Shown here: one piece after another, positions 1 through 9,648 of the stretch
Layout: each line of letters starts with the position of its first letter
Position numbering within the stretch: position 1 is the first letter of the stretch
IMG/VR virus record: IMGVR_UViG_3300048014_000022
Reading direction: 5' to 3' (one strand)
Source: a virus
Length of the DNA stretch: 57,706 bases
Notes under the pieces: model-generated
What the model was told of the DNA's origin: nothing
The model's input: the letters and a program-made list of their open reading frames with translations, nothing else
Databases searched by the model: none
Program-made: the position numbers and the translations under genes

Positions 1-127
1 ATCCCCCGCAGCCCTACGCCAATGCCAATCTGGGTACCTCCGCCCGCGCCGCGTCGCCCATCCCCGGCGTGTACGATGGTGCCGGCGCCAAGAACTCCAA
101 GAAACCTGACAAAACCCTGGAGCCAAT
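1..127. repeat. Terminal direct repeat, identical to 57580-57706. It is either a circular-assembly overlap or a terminal redundancy.
   Basis: Read directly: the string 'atcccccgcagccctacgcc...ccctggagccaat' occurs at both ends of the window. The unique genome is therefore 57,579 bp. Confidence 0.95.
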
Positions 128-2291
128 GAAGCACCAGGGGCGTGGCCTGCTCCGGGTCATCGGCAACGACGAACTCGACGCCGCCGAGAAGCGTTCCATC
201 GACTTGTCCAAGGTCTCTCCGGAGATCGCCACCGACCTGGCGAACTATATCCGCCAGCGCTTCGAGAAGGCCGTCCGGCACCGCCGAGTCATCTCAGTGG
301 ACGACGAGTTGATTCGGGACATGCGGAGCTACAACGGCCAGTATGACCCCGGGAAGCTTCAAGAGATCGAGAGCTTCGGGGGCAGCGCGGTGTATTCGCG
401 GCTCATGTCCATGAAATGCCGTGGTGCCACGGCCCTTCTGCGCAACGTCTACATGAACTCGGACCGCCCATGGACGCTCACGCCCAGCGCGGATCCGGAG
501 ATTCCCGACGGGATCGACACGCACATAGCCACGCTGGTGCATCAGGAAGTGCTGTCGGCGAACGAGCAGGGCCAGCGTGTTCCTCAGGAACAAATTCGCG
601 AGCGCCTGGAGAATCTCTACGAAGCGGTCAAACTCGCGGAGCGCCAAAAAGCTGAAGAAGAAGTCAAAGACGCGCAGCGAAAGGTCGACGAGATCCTTGA
701 AAAAGGGGAGTTTTACCACGCGCTGTCGGACTTCCTGTGCGACCTGCCGGTCTACAAATACGCGGTGATCAAAGGCCCCGTGACCCGCCGCACGACGGCG
801 CTCAAGTGGGACAAGAAAAAGAAAATGCACGCGCACGAGGAGGCCCGATTCTTCTGGTACCGCGTATCTCCGTGGGACGTTTGGTTCTCGCCCGGCGCGA
901 CGCAGATCGAGAACACCGAAGTGTTCGAGCGGCAGCGCATGTCCGTCATGGACCTGTACAACCTGATCGGCTTGCCCGGCTACCGCGAGGAAGACATCCG
1001 CGCGATCATCCAGGCATACGAGGGTCGCGGGTTCAAAGAGTGGATCCAGATCTTCGACTATGAACGCGCGCAGATGGAAGGCCGTAACAACGTGCTTGAT
1101 GACAACTTCATTAACGCCATCGAGTTCCACGGCCACGTTCTCGGACGGTACCTCATGGAGTACAACGTGCCGGGCGTGAACGATCCCTACAAGCCGTATT
1201 TCATTACGGCCTGGATGGTGGACAAGCGTATCTTCAAGGTGATGATGAACCCGTCGCCGCGCCTCCGTGTGCCGTACTACGTGACGAGCTTCGACAAGAT
1301 GCCTGGCACGCTGTATGGCAACGGCATTCCAGCGCTCGCGAACGACCTAACGGATGTGATCAACGCGACCTTGCGTGCGCTCGTCAACAACATCAGCATC
1401 TCGTCTGGTCCGCAAGCTGTGATCGACGAGGAGTTGATCAGCCCGACGCAGGACGCATCGCTCAGCCCGTGGAAAATCTGGAAGTACACCGGCGATCCGG
1501 CGAACCCAAACCGTACTCCGGTGTCTTTTTTCCAGCCAAATTCGAACGCGCAAGAACTCATGGCGATCATCGACAAGTTCAGCGTGATGCTCGACGACGT
1601 TTCGACTATACCCCGGTACCTGACCGGCGGCGGCGCGAACTCCGGAGCCGGCCGCACGGCGTCGGGCTTGTCGATGCTGATCAACAACGCGAACAAGACA
1701 CTCCAGAACGTTGCCGACAACATCGACAACGACATCTTCGAACCGCTGCTTCAAATGCTGTACGACTTCATCATGCTTACTGACAGCACCGGTATGCTCC
1801 GTGGCGACGAGACCATTGTGGTCGACGGCGTCCGCCAGGCTGCGAAGCAGGAGCAGGATCTCACTCGCCAGATGGAATTTCTCCAGATCATCAACAATCC
1901 AAATTACGCCACGCTTATTGGGCCGGACATGCTTGCGCGAATACTTCAAAAGGTTGCGGACAACACCGGCATGGAGATCAAGATCAAGCAACCCGGCGAC
2001 ATGCCCGGTGCGCCTCCGCCCGGCATCTACACGCCGCCGCCTCCGCCCGCGCCCCCCGCGCCTCCGCCCCCGCACGTGAACGTGAACCTGGCGGGCCAGA
2101 TACCAAATGCAGCACTGAACCCGCTTGCGGGACTGCCGCCCGGCGCCGGCGGCGGACCGAACCCTACGGGCGACAACACGCCGCATCCAAACAGTGCCGC
2201 CGCGCCGGGCGCTGGTGGAGTGCAGGGGTTAACTCCCGCGCCTCAAGTGACGCCGCTTAATACCGTATCGAGCAACGTGGGGCATGGTTGA
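3..2291 (+). CDS. Portal protein (3' portion). The true start is probably ATG 57528, across the circular junction. The ORF track gives a GTG start at 69.
   Basis: It is a 740+ aa ORF immediately downstream of the large terminase. The frame is open back to base 3 and continues in frame from ATG 57528 in the duplicated end. The C-terminal tail is Pro-rich. The call rests on size and position. Confidence 0.72.
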   Translation, partial: PPQPYANANLGTSARAASPIPGVYDGAGAKNSKKPDKTLEPMKHQGRGLLRVIGNDELDAAEKRSIDLSKVSPEIATDLANYIRQRFEKAVRHRRVISVDDELIRDMRSYNGQYDPGKLQEIESFGGSAVYSRLMSMKCRGATALLRNVYMNSDRPWTLTPSADPEIPDGIDTHIATLVHQEVLSANEQGQRVPQEQIRERLENLYEAVKLAERQKAEEEVKDAQRKVDEILEKGEFYHALSDFLCDLPVYKYAVIKGPVTRRTTALKWDKKKKMHAHEEARFFWYRVSPWDVWFSPGATQIENTEVFERQRMSVMDLYNLIGLPGYREEDIRAIIQAYEGRGFKEWIQIFDYERAQMEGRNNVLDDNFINAIEFHGHVLGRYLMEYNVPGVNDPYKPYFITAWMVDKRIFKVMMNPSPRLRVPYYVTSFDKMPGTLYGNGIPALANDLTDVINATLRALVNNISISSGPQAVIDEELISPTQDASLSPWKIWKYTGDPANPNRTPVSFFQPNSNAQELMAIIDKFSVMLDDVSTIPRYLTGGGANSGAGRTASGLSMLINNANKTLQNVADNIDNDIFEPLLQMLYDFIMLTDSTGMLRGDETIVVDGVRQAAKQEQDLTRQMEFLQIINNPNYATLIGPDMLARILQKVADNTGMEIKIKQPGDMPGAPPPGIYTPPPPPAPPAPPPPHVNVNLAGQIPNAALNPLAGLPPGAGGGPNPTGDNTPHPNSAAAPGAGGVQGLTPAPQVTPLNTVSSNVGHG

Positions 2292-2602
2292 TGCCTCGAA
2301 AATGCTACGAAGAAGCAAAGGCTTACAGGCGCGCTTGGGGAATCCGCAACAAGGAAAGGTTGCAGGCGTATATGCGCGACTGGCTTGGATACCCCGTCCC
2401 AACTCGCGAGTGTCCTGCAACGTGTGAGTGCTGCGGAGGGCCTCCGAACGGTCGAGGGGCAAGATTGCATCTTGACCACGATCACGCCACCGGCAGGTTT
2501 CGGGGGTGGCTATGTTCGAATTGCAACACCGGGATAGGAAAGCTTGGTGACAATGCCGCAGGCGTCCGAAACGCCCTTGCGTACCTAGAATCGCATGGGT
2601 AA
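2291..2602 (+). CDS. HNH / endonuclease VII-family nuclease
   Basis: It carries 'CECCGG...LHLDHDHATGRFRGWLCSNCNTGIGKLGD', an endonuclease VII-type HNH core with a CxxC pair. ATG 2291 overlaps the portal stop (TGATG). Confidence 0.8.
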   Translation: MPRKCYEEAKAYRRAWGIRNKERLQAYMRDWLGYPVPTRECPATCECCGGPPNGRGARLHLDHDHATGRFRGWLCSNCNTGIGKLGDNAAGVRNALAYLESHG

Positions 2603-2644
2603 TATCAACGATATGTTCAATCCACACCCTGGTGAGTACGAGAT

Positions 2645-2980
2645 ATGAGCGGCAAGATTCATCCCAAGAAGCCGGTGACGTACGTCCCGGGTCCGACCCT
2701 CGACACGAACAGCCCCGCCAAGTTTCCGAACAAGGGCAAGGAACATGGCAAGACCAAGTCGACCAAGACCGTCATGTCTAATGCGACCGGACCGGTTTAT
2801 ACGTCCGGCGACAACTCCCTGGTCCCCGACATGCACCCGTCCGAGTACGGCGTTGGCAAGAGCATGGGCCAGCACGCGGAGAAGGGGTTCAACCCGCACA
2901 GCCGCAAGCCGACGGCGGTCTCCGAGAATCCGGTCGTGACCACGCCCCCGTACCCGCTCAAGAAGTCGTACGAGAAGTAA
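2645..2980 (+). CDS. Hypothetical basic Lys/Pro/Thr-rich protein in the head module
   Basis: It is a 111-aa ORF with a GGTGAG Shine-Dalgarno about 7 nt upstream. No domain was recognised. Confidence 0.55.
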   Translation: MSGKIHPKKPVTYVPGPTLDTNSPAKFPNKGKEHGKTKSTKTVMSNATGPVYTSGDNSLVPDMHPSEYGVGKSMGQHAEKGFNPHSRKPTAVSENPVVTTPPYPLKKSYEK

Positions 2981-2981
2981 C

Positions 2982-3209
2982 ATGGGTGAATTTTCCAAGG
3001 GCGAAGATGGCCGCACGAAGCTGAAATGCTCGCCAGGGTGCAAGTGCATCAAGTGCGCGCCGCTCCGCTTCACGCGCGGCGATGTCGCCGACATCAACAA
3101 GGCGCCGACCAGCCGCATCTACACGCGCGACTACACGAAAGTGGGCCGTGACGCGGAAGATGTGGACCTCGTGTCGGCAGCCTTGGGGAAACCAGCCTTC
3201 CGCCTATGA
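2982..3209 (+). CDS. Hypothetical small Cys-containing protein
   Basis: It is 75 aa and starts 1 nt after the preceding stop. It contains 'CSPGCKCIKC'. Confidence 0.5.
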   Translation: MGEFSKGEDGRTKLKCSPGCKCIKCAPLRFTRGDVADINKAPTSRIYTRDYTKVGRDAEDVDLVSAALGKPAFRL

Positions 3210-3430
3210 CCACGCTGAACCGCAAAGAACTGGCGGAGCATCTGCTTCGCCTCCAAGACAACGGCCACTGGAGACATTATGTAGGTACGTTGGAAACGAC
3301 CTACAACCGCGCAGTCGAGTCGTTGCTGAACTCTGACCACCCGGACGAGATGCTGCGCGGCGAGTGCCGTGCGTATCTGAACCTTCTGAAAACCATCCAC
3401 AACAACTCCCCACAGGACAATTCACCATGA
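3206..3430 (+). CDS. Hypothetical protein
   Basis: It is 74 aa with an ATGA start/stop overlap with the upstream gene, in the same orientation as the head genes. Confidence 0.55.
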   Translation: MTTLNRKELAEHLLRLQDNGHWRHYVGTLETTYNRAVESLLNSDHPDEMLRGECRAYLNLLKTIHNNSPQDNSP

Positions 3431-4521
3431 CGGAACCAACCCCGAAGCCGCTGCCGCCCCAGAACAACCTGCCGCCCGCCGTCCGCAAGCAGATCGCCGA
3501 CGCCAACAAGCTGATCGGCGAACTGAACGCGAAGCCCGGCGAGATTCCGGCCGGCACCGAGTATCAGACCATGCCCGGCCAAGAGCGCCCCGGCACGGAT
3601 CCGACCGGCCAGACCCAGCGATGGCAGCCCGCGACGCCCGCCCCGGCCCAGCAGCCCGGCGTGCAAGACCCGCCGCAGAGCCCGCCGCCCCCGCCGGCCG
3701 CCGCAGCGGAAGTTGACCCGTGGGAAGTTCGGTACCGGTCGCTTCAGGGCAAGTACAACTCGGAGATTTCGACTCTCCGAGAAGTCCTGGCAGCACAACA
3801 GCAAACCATGTACAAGCTCGTGGAGCAGCGGCAGTCGTCCGTCGCGCCCGCCCCGACGCCGCAGCAGTCGCCGGAGGATTACCTGCGGTCGCTGGGCATC
3901 ACCGACAAGGAAATGGAGGACTACGGCGAGAGTCTTCACATCATGGCGAAGCTTGCGCAGAACATGATCAAGCCGACCGCAGCCAAATTGGAGCGGGAAC
4001 TGGCGAAAACCAAGGAAGCTGCGGGCACCGTAGCCAAAGCGCAGATGCAATCCGGCCGCGAATCGCTGTTCGCGACGCTCGATCAGCGGGTGCCTCAGTG
4101 GCGCCAGATCAACGAGCATGAAGATTTCCTTGCGTGGTTGGATCAACTTGACTTATTCTCTGGAGCAAGTCGTCGGCAATCGCTGATGACGGCTTTCGAA
4201 AACCTCGATTCGGCTCGGGTCGTGGGAATCTTCGAGAAGTTTGTACAGGAAGACTCTGTCCGCAGATCAGCCTCCGGTCCGATGGTGAACCGCGAGACAC
4301 TGATCGCCCCAGGCACACCCCGGGGAGGAGCGGCGGAAGCTCCTGGAGGCGCGCAAGGTAAAAGGCTCTTGTCCGAAAGCGAGATAAGGGACTTCTACTC
4401 ACGAGTCAGACGGAAGCAAGTCAGCCCTGAGCAGTACGCTGCGTTCTCGGCCGAGATTGCTGCCGCAACAGCGGAAGGTCGCATCCGTCCTGACCGACGG
4501 GAGCATCACGCAAACAGCTAA
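3427..4521 (+). CDS. Putative scaffolding protein
   Basis: It is 364 aa from ATG 3427, with an ATGA overlap. A Pro-rich N-terminus is followed by a long charged, helical-looking region. It lies directly upstream of the capsid gene. The call is positional. Confidence 0.55.
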   Translation: MTEPTPKPLPPQNNLPPAVRKQIADANKLIGELNAKPGEIPAGTEYQTMPGQERPGTDPTGQTQRWQPATPAPAQQPGVQDPPQSPPPPPAAAAEVDPWEVRYRSLQGKYNSEISTLREVLAAQQQTMYKLVEQRQSSVAPAPTPQQSPEDYLRSLGITDKEMEDYGESLHIMAKLAQNMIKPTAAKLERELAKTKEAAGTVAKAQMQSGRESLFATLDQRVPQWRQINEHEDFLAWLDQLDLFSGASRRQSLMTAFENLDSARVVGIFEKFVQEDSVRRSASGPMVNRETLIAPGTPRGGAAEAPGGAQGKRLLSESEIRDFYSRVRRKQVSPEQYAAFSAEIAAATAEGRIRPDRREHHANS

Positions 4522-4556
4522 ATTTTTAATCGGAGTGCGTCTCCGGGAGTTTTATC

Positions 4557-5663
4557 ATGGCCGGTTTTCCAATTTCAGGCTCGCCCTATTTGGGCAGCAA
4601 CCCGAGTCCTGCGTACACGGGTGTGTTTATCCCGACGATCTGGTCGGGCAAGTTCGTCGAGAAGTTCTACGATGCGACCGTGCTGGGCGCGATTGCCTCC
4701 ACCGACTACGAAGGTGAGATCCGCAATTTCGGCGACACGATCAACATCCGCACGCATCCGACGATCACGATCAATGCGTACAGCGCCAACCAGGCTCTGA
4801 ACGTCCAGCGTCCGAGTTCGCCGCTCGTTCAGTTGCAGATCAACCAGGGCGCCTACTTCAACACCGTCCTCGACGACGTGATGGAGATTCAGGCGGACGT
4901 GGATCTTCTCAGCAACTGGGCCGACAATGCCTCGGAGCAGATGAAGGTGTACGTCGACACGGCGGTCCTCGCGATCTCCAGCATCGGCGTCCTCGTCGAT
5001 CCGAAGAACATGGGAACGGCCGCCGGCCGCATCTCGGGTTCGATCAACCTCGGCTACAGCGTGAACACGTTGACGGCTGCGGCGACGCCCGGCGTTCCGC
5101 TCTACATCGGCTCGGTCTCGGGTGCCTCGGGCAATACCGGCGCCAGCGTGGCGTACGCTCGCAAGATCCTGGACTTCATCATCGACACGGGCCTCGTGTT
5201 GGATGAACAGCGCGTTCCGGAGACGGGCCGCTGGATCGTTCTGCCGCCTTGGGCCGCTGCGATGATCAAGCGTTCAGCCTTCCAGCAGGCGTACTTGACC
5301 GGTGACGCGGTGTCCATCGCGCGCAACGGCCGCCTCGGCATGATCGACCGCTACATGATCTACGTGTCGAACCTGTTGCCGGTCGGCAACGCGGGCAATG
5401 CGGCGGCTACGGGCACCGTGTATCCGGAACTCGCAGGCTCGCAGCCCGGCACGGGCCTCGGCGTCGCCAGCGGTTCGCCGGAATACGCAGTGTACTTTGG
5501 TCATAGCCTCGGCCTCACTTTCGCATCTCAAATGACCAAGGTGGAAACGCTTCGGTCGGAAAGCACTTTTGGTACTTTGATGCGCGGTCTTCAGGTTTGG
5601 GGCTTCCAGGTGGTCAACCCGACGCTCGTCGGCTGCGCCATCGTCGTGAACTCCGGCCTGTAA
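4557..5663 (+). CDS. Major capsid protein
   Basis: It is 368 aa. The N-terminal 'FIPTIWSGKFVEKFYDATVLGAIASTDYEGEIRNFGDTINI' resembles HK97-fold capsid proteins of podovirus / N4-type phages, from memory. It follows the scaffold gene and is followed by a strong terminator. Confidence 0.8.
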   Translation: MAGFPISGSPYLGSNPSPAYTGVFIPTIWSGKFVEKFYDATVLGAIASTDYEGEIRNFGDTINIRTHPTITINAYSANQALNVQRPSSPLVQLQINQGAYFNTVLDDVMEIQADVDLLSNWADNASEQMKVYVDTAVLAISSIGVLVDPKNMGTAAGRISGSINLGYSVNTLTAAATPGVPLYIGSVSGASGNTGASVAYARKILDFIIDTGLVLDEQRVPETGRWIVLPPWAAAMIKRSAFQQAYLTGDAVSIARNGRLGMIDRYMIYVSNLLPVGNAGNAAATGTVYPELAGSQPGTGLGVASGSPEYAVYFGHSLGLTFASQMTKVETLRSESTFGTLMRGLQVWGFQVVNPTLVGCAIVVNSGL

Positions 5664-5688
5664 TCGCCCTCGGGTAGATGACGATCAA

Positions 5689-5721
5689 GGGGGCTGCCGG
5701 GAAACTGGCAGCCCCCTTTTT
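5689..5721 (+). terminator. Rho-independent terminator after the capsid gene
   Basis: The stem GGGGGCTGCC / GGCAGCCCCC encloses an 8-nt loop and is followed by TTTTT. Confidence 0.8.
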
Positions 5722-5736
5722 ACTTAGGGGAGAGAC

Positions 5737-6174
5737 ATGAGCAGCACGACCGGCAAGACAATCGACAACGCAATCGCGGAAGCCCGCTTGATGGTGAACG
5801 ACAATACGTTGTTCAACGGCCAAGTGCAGCCCACGCGCAACCCCGACAGCGTGTACTTGGCGTATCTGAACTCGGCGCTCCGCGCGCTGTATCAGCTTCG
5901 GCCTGACGCCTTCATAGGCAATCTCACGCAGGGGATCCTGTCGACGGTGACGGTCCTGACCTACACCACGGCAGACTTGCAGGCCCCTGACGGCGTTGCG
6001 AATCCTACCCCGCCGACTCCTGCCACACCTTTTCCGGTAGATGACCGGCAATTTTTCAACCCGGTCATAGCCTACATGGCCGGCCGCATCGAGCTTTCGG
6101 ATGACGAATACACCGAGAACTCGCGCTCGCAGCAGTTGATGGCTGCGTTCAAACAGCAACTCGTGGGGATGTAA
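5737..6174 (+). CDS. Hypothetical virion protein, possibly a head-tail adaptor
   Basis: It is 145 aa and is the first gene after the capsid terminator. The call is positional only. Confidence 0.5.
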   Translation: MSSTTGKTIDNAIAEARLMVNDNTLFNGQVQPTRNPDSVYLAYLNSALRALYQLRPDAFIGNLTQGILSTVTVLTYTTADLQAPDGVANPTPPTPATPFPVDDRQFFNPVIAYMAGRIELSDDEYTENSRSQQLMAAFKQQLVGM

Positions 6175-6177
6175 GCC

Positions 6178-6903
6178 ATGCCAGTAGTCACACTCGATGG
6201 CGGCGCAAGCTCGGCGGCACTCGGCGGCCAGACCATCACCTACGTTCAGCAGTACGTCGCTCAGCAAGTGCCGGGCGCCCCCGACACGCTGATCTCAAGC
6301 ACACTGGTGCGGGTCTTGAATGACTTCTACACGCGCTCGACGGCGTGGCGCGAGAACGTTGGGCCGTATCCGGTCAACGGCGGGGTTGCGGAAGTGGACC
6401 TGAACCCCGTCGACCAGAACAAGGCGATTCAGTTCGTGCTGGGCGCGTACCTGTTCCCGTTCAACAACGCAAACGATCCGCTCCAGTTGGCGCCCACCGT
6501 GCGGCAATTTATCGGCGGAACGCCCGCGACGCCCTCGCGGTACTACATGCAGAAGCCCGACCAGTTGCTACTGTATCCGGTTCCCGACCAGACCTACGGC
6601 AACATCCTGTACGTCTACGCGTCGCTGGTGCCCACCACGCTGGCCGCAAAGCTGCCGGACCAGAGCTACACGCAGCACGTAGATGCGCTGATCTGGGGCT
6701 GCCTGGCGCGGCTCTACATGATGTCGAAGCGCCCCTGGAGCGACAAGCAACTCGGCATGGAGTTCGAGAAGAAGTACCGACGCGAAATCCTGATCTACAG
6801 GGACATCGCCAACCGTGGGTATGGTTCGGCCGATACGGGGTTCCGTTTCCCGCCTTTTGCGGGCATGTCCAGTTCGCAAGTTCTGCCGAAGGCCGTGGGA
6901 TGA
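6178..6903 (+). CDS. Hypothetical virion structural protein
   Basis: It is 241 aa and tightly packed in the late operon. Confidence 0.55.
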   Translation: MPVVTLDGGASSAALGGQTITYVQQYVAQQVPGAPDTLISSTLVRVLNDFYTRSTAWRENVGPYPVNGGVAEVDLNPVDQNKAIQFVLGAYLFPFNNANDPLQLAPTVRQFIGGTPATPSRYYMQKPDQLLLYPVPDQTYGNILYVYASLVPTTLAAKLPDQSYTQHVDALIWGCLARLYMMSKRPWSDKQLGMEFEKKYRREILIYRDIANRGYGSADTGFRFPPFAGMSSSQVLPKAVG

Positions 6904-7301
6904 CGACGTTCGTCTACAACAACGCGCGGTCTTTGTTCGCTACGGGTGCGCTCAACTGGCCGGCATGTGCGGCCCATGCTGTGCTGGTCACATCGGCTTA
7001 TACGCCGCTTGTCACGGACCAGTATTTCTCTGCGGTGCCTTCGAGCGCGGTCATCGAAGACGTGGCGATGACGGGGCTTGGGCAATCCAAAGGATACTGC
7101 TATGGAGCGATCCCGCAATTCAATGCGTTGATATCCTCGTCGATTGTCGTGGGGCTGTTGATTTATGTATCGACCGGCAATCCAGCCACATCGCCACTGG
7201 TCTACTACAGTTCGGACGGAGTCGGCTTTCCATTCCAGCCACAGGGGTTCAATTACGCTGTCGGCTATGACTCAAGCTCCGGCGGGTATTTTCAAGCGTG
7301 A
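6900..7301 (+). CDS. Hypothetical virion structural protein
   Basis: It is 133 aa from ATG 6900, with an ATGA overlap. The longer ORF-track start at 6345 overlaps the upstream gene and is unlikely. Confidence 0.55.
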   Translation: MTTFVYNNARSLFATGALNWPACAAHAVLVTSAYTPLVTDQYFSAVPSSAVIEDVAMTGLGQSKGYCYGAIPQFNALISSSIVVGLLIYVSTGNPATSPLVYYSSDGVGFPFQPQGFNYAVGYDSSSGGYFQA

Positions 7302-8302
7302 CCACGATTACGCTCGAACTGTGCGGCTCATATAACATGAACCCGCCGTTCAGTTCTTATAATAACATGCCGGCCTATAGAGACATGGGCGGCGGCGCGT
7401 CTATGCCTATCGCTGCCATAGACGCAACTCTCCTTGTTATGCAATGCGTCAGTTGGGGCGGTTCGGTATCAGGGATAACGGGTACCGGCAGCGCCTCTGG
7501 TTTAGTGTGGCAAGAGCGATTTAGCTTCAGCAATTCCGGAGTAAACGTCCAGATATGGACCGCAGTCGTTACGGGCGCTCCATTCGGGAACGCGGCTTAT
7601 AACGCCGGGGTTGTTTTTTCCGGCGACTTCCCAGACAGCGCGGAGGCTATGTGTTTTGGTTTGGTCAATGCAAGCGGTAGTTTGGACCCCGGCGCCGGGC
7701 TGCCGGCTTCGACAGCCGGCGGGACCTCGCTCACATACAGCTTGGCATATCCCAACAGCGCCCTCGTAGCTTTTCAGGCGCAGGAAAACTACACGCCGGC
7801 AATCGGCGACCCAAGCCCGCAAGCCTATGCGAACATCATCACTCGGGGCGGGTTTCAAGGCGGCACGGAAGTCGTTCTTGGGTCGTGGCTGTACACCCCT
7901 GGTACTACATTGACGAACGTAACGACTTACGACTCGATGTCGAATACCCCCAACGCGTTCGCTATCATGGGATTTGCCGGATTCGCAACAGTGCCCAACG
8001 TAATCGGGGATTCGCTGAGCGCCGGCGAATCAGCTATTACCGCCAACGCCCTGAGTGTCGGGACTGTTCATTATGTGACGGACCCAAGCATACCAGGCAC
8101 CATCTTGGCACAAGCGCCCATCGGCGGAGCCAATGTCTCGCCTTTGACGCCGGTCAATCTGATTGTCTCCGGGGTGTCCACCATGAGCATTTATGGTAAA
8201 TTCGCACCAGCCGCCGCATATCCTCCGACTGTGCTGATCAACGCGACCGGCATTGAACCTCGGATTTACATCCCGAAAGAGAACGTGACGGTGAAAGCAT
8301 GA
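7298..8302 (+). CDS. Virion/tail protein with a PASTA-like module near the C-terminus
   Basis: It is 334 aa with a GTGA overlap start. 'VPNVIGDSLSAGESAITANALSVGTVHYVTDPSIPGTILAQAPIGGANVSPLTPVNLIVSG' fits the PASTA consensus pattern. Confidence 0.5.
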   Translation: MTTITLELCGSYNMNPPFSSYNNMPAYRDMGGGASMPIAAIDATLLVMQCVSWGGSVSGITGTGSASGLVWQERFSFSNSGVNVQIWTAVVTGAPFGNAAYNAGVVFSGDFPDSAEAMCFGLVNASGSLDPGAGLPASTAGGTSLTYSLAYPNSALVAFQAQENYTPAIGDPSPQAYANIITRGGFQGGTEVVLGSWLYTPGTTLTNVTTYDSMSNTPNAFAIMGFAGFATVPNVIGDSLSAGESAITANALSVGTVHYVTDPSIPGTILAQAPIGGANVSPLTPVNLIVSGVSTMSIYGKFAPAAAYPPTVLINATGIEPRIYIPKENVTVKA

Positions 8303-8622
8303 GTACGATTGCCGCAAGATTCAAACAATCGCCCGTCGAAACAAAGCGTTACTTGGTCGATTTCACGCTAGATCTGGCTACCGGCGAGAGCATCACGACG
8401 GTCGCTGTGGCGATTACCCGGATCTCTGGCACGGCAACCCCAGCGCTTGTGGTCACAAATGTGGCCCTACTTCCGGCGGTCAGCGGCGTAGTTACCGGGT
8501 TCGCTTACTTCGTGTCGGGCGGCGTCGACCAAGGCCAATACGAAGTTCAGTTTCTTACTACCACGTCGCTCGGACAAGTTCTTGAGACCGTGGTTGCCTA
8601 CAATCTTGCGGAGAAGCTGTAA
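8299..8622 (+). CDS. Small beta-rich virion protein, possibly a fibre-tail adaptor
   Basis: It is 107 aa with an ATGA overlap and sits immediately upstream of the fibre gene. The resemblance to small adaptor proteins is from memory. Confidence 0.45.
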   Translation: MSTIAARFKQSPVETKRYLVDFTLDLATGESITTVAVAITRISGTATPALVVTNVALLPAVSGVVTGFAYFVSGGVDQGQYEVQFLTTTSLGQVLETVVAYNLAEKL

Positions 8623-9638
8623 TGTCCAACACTTTTGTATTTTCAAACAACGCTTCTTCGTTGCTGGCTTCCGCCATAGGAACCGGCGACACCACGATCA
8701 CAGTGACAGCTTCGACCGGCGCGCTGTTCCCGACCATCACGGCGGGCGACCAAGCAGCCATCACGCTCGAAGATGTCAGCGGCGACATAGAAGTCGTGTA
8801 TGCCACCGGCCGCACGGGGGACTCTCTGACGGTTGTGCGTGCCCAAGAAGGCACGACGGCGCTGGCCTTTGCGTCGGGCTCCCGCGTAGAGATGCGCGTC
8901 ACTGAGGCAGTCCTGGCGAGTTTCTTGCAGAAGACCGGTGGCGACACTCTCAGCGGCACCACGATTCTCAGCGGCGTGCTGACTCTCGGGTCGGGCGGGT
9001 CGATCCAGGGCGGCGAGATCGCTGGCACGCCGGTGCGCGGCTCGCCTGGCGAGACGGACAACCAGTTCCTGGTCCCGACAGGCGGCGGCAACCCGACCAT
9101 TGGCGGGTCGGTGGTTCTCACCACGGCCAACGTGGGCGCGAATATGCCTGCCGGCTCAGCCTTGGTAGTAACCAACATGATCGTGTTGTGGCACGGTCTC
9201 TCGTCGGCGATCCCATCAGGCTGGGCGTTGTGCAACGGCACGTCCGGCACGCCCGACCTGCGCGACCAGTTTATAGTCGGTGGCGGCGGCGCGCTCGCAG
9301 CCACGGGCAGCTACGCGGCGGTCACGGACCCGGCCAGTGCCGGCACTCCGACGATCACGCCGTTCTCCCTGGTGGCCGGCAACTTGCCGTCCCACTTGCA
9401 CCCAATTGACTACTTCTCGTCGGCGGCGTCGCAGTACATTGGCGTGCCGGGTTTCGCTGGCCCGTCGAATTCGCCCGCGTCGTCCGGCATCACTGGTACG
9501 CGCAACACGTTCGCCGGTTCGCCGAACACAGGCGCAGGCACGGTGCCGCTCGCGCCGATCTGCAATGCGATGTCGACGCACACTCACACCATCGAGTCGC
9601 CGCCGTACACGGCGGTGTTCTTTATCATGAAGCTCTGA
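8622..9638 (+). CDS. Tail fibre protein with a C-terminal tail-collar domain
   Basis: The N-terminus 'LLASAIGTGDTTITVTASTGALFP...TVVRAQEGTTA' is typical of fibre N-termini. The C-terminus 'IVLWHGLSSAIPSGWALCNGTSGTPDLRDQFIVG' is the phage tail-collar signature. Confidence 0.8.
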   Translation: MSNTFVFSNNASSLLASAIGTGDTTITVTASTGALFPTITAGDQAAITLEDVSGDIEVVYATGRTGDSLTVVRAQEGTTALAFASGSRVEMRVTEAVLASFLQKTGGDTLSGTTILSGVLTLGSGGSIQGGEIAGTPVRGSPGETDNQFLVPTGGGNPTIGGSVVLTTANVGANMPAGSALVVTNMIVLWHGLSSAIPSGWALCNGTSGTPDLRDQFIVGGGGALAATGSYAAVTDPASAGTPTITPFSLVAGNLPSHLHPIDYFSSAASQYIGVPGFAGPSNSPASSGITGTRNTFAGSPNTGAGTVPLAPICNAMSTHTHTIESPPYTAVFFIMKL

Positions 9639-9648
9639 GGGTAGGCAC

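Noticed and set aside
294-1136. Long ORFs antisense to, or out of frame with, confident genes. Examples are 294..1136(-), 1347..2186(-), 3301..4146(-), 14589..15452(-), 23865..24683(-), 27996..28817(+), 33993..34973(+) and 57196..57705(-).
   Set aside because: They lie entirely inside better-supported genes that have recognisable motifs and coupled starts. Their translations are Arg/Gly/Pro-rich, as expected for shadow frames in roughly 58-60% GC DNA. None has an RBS.
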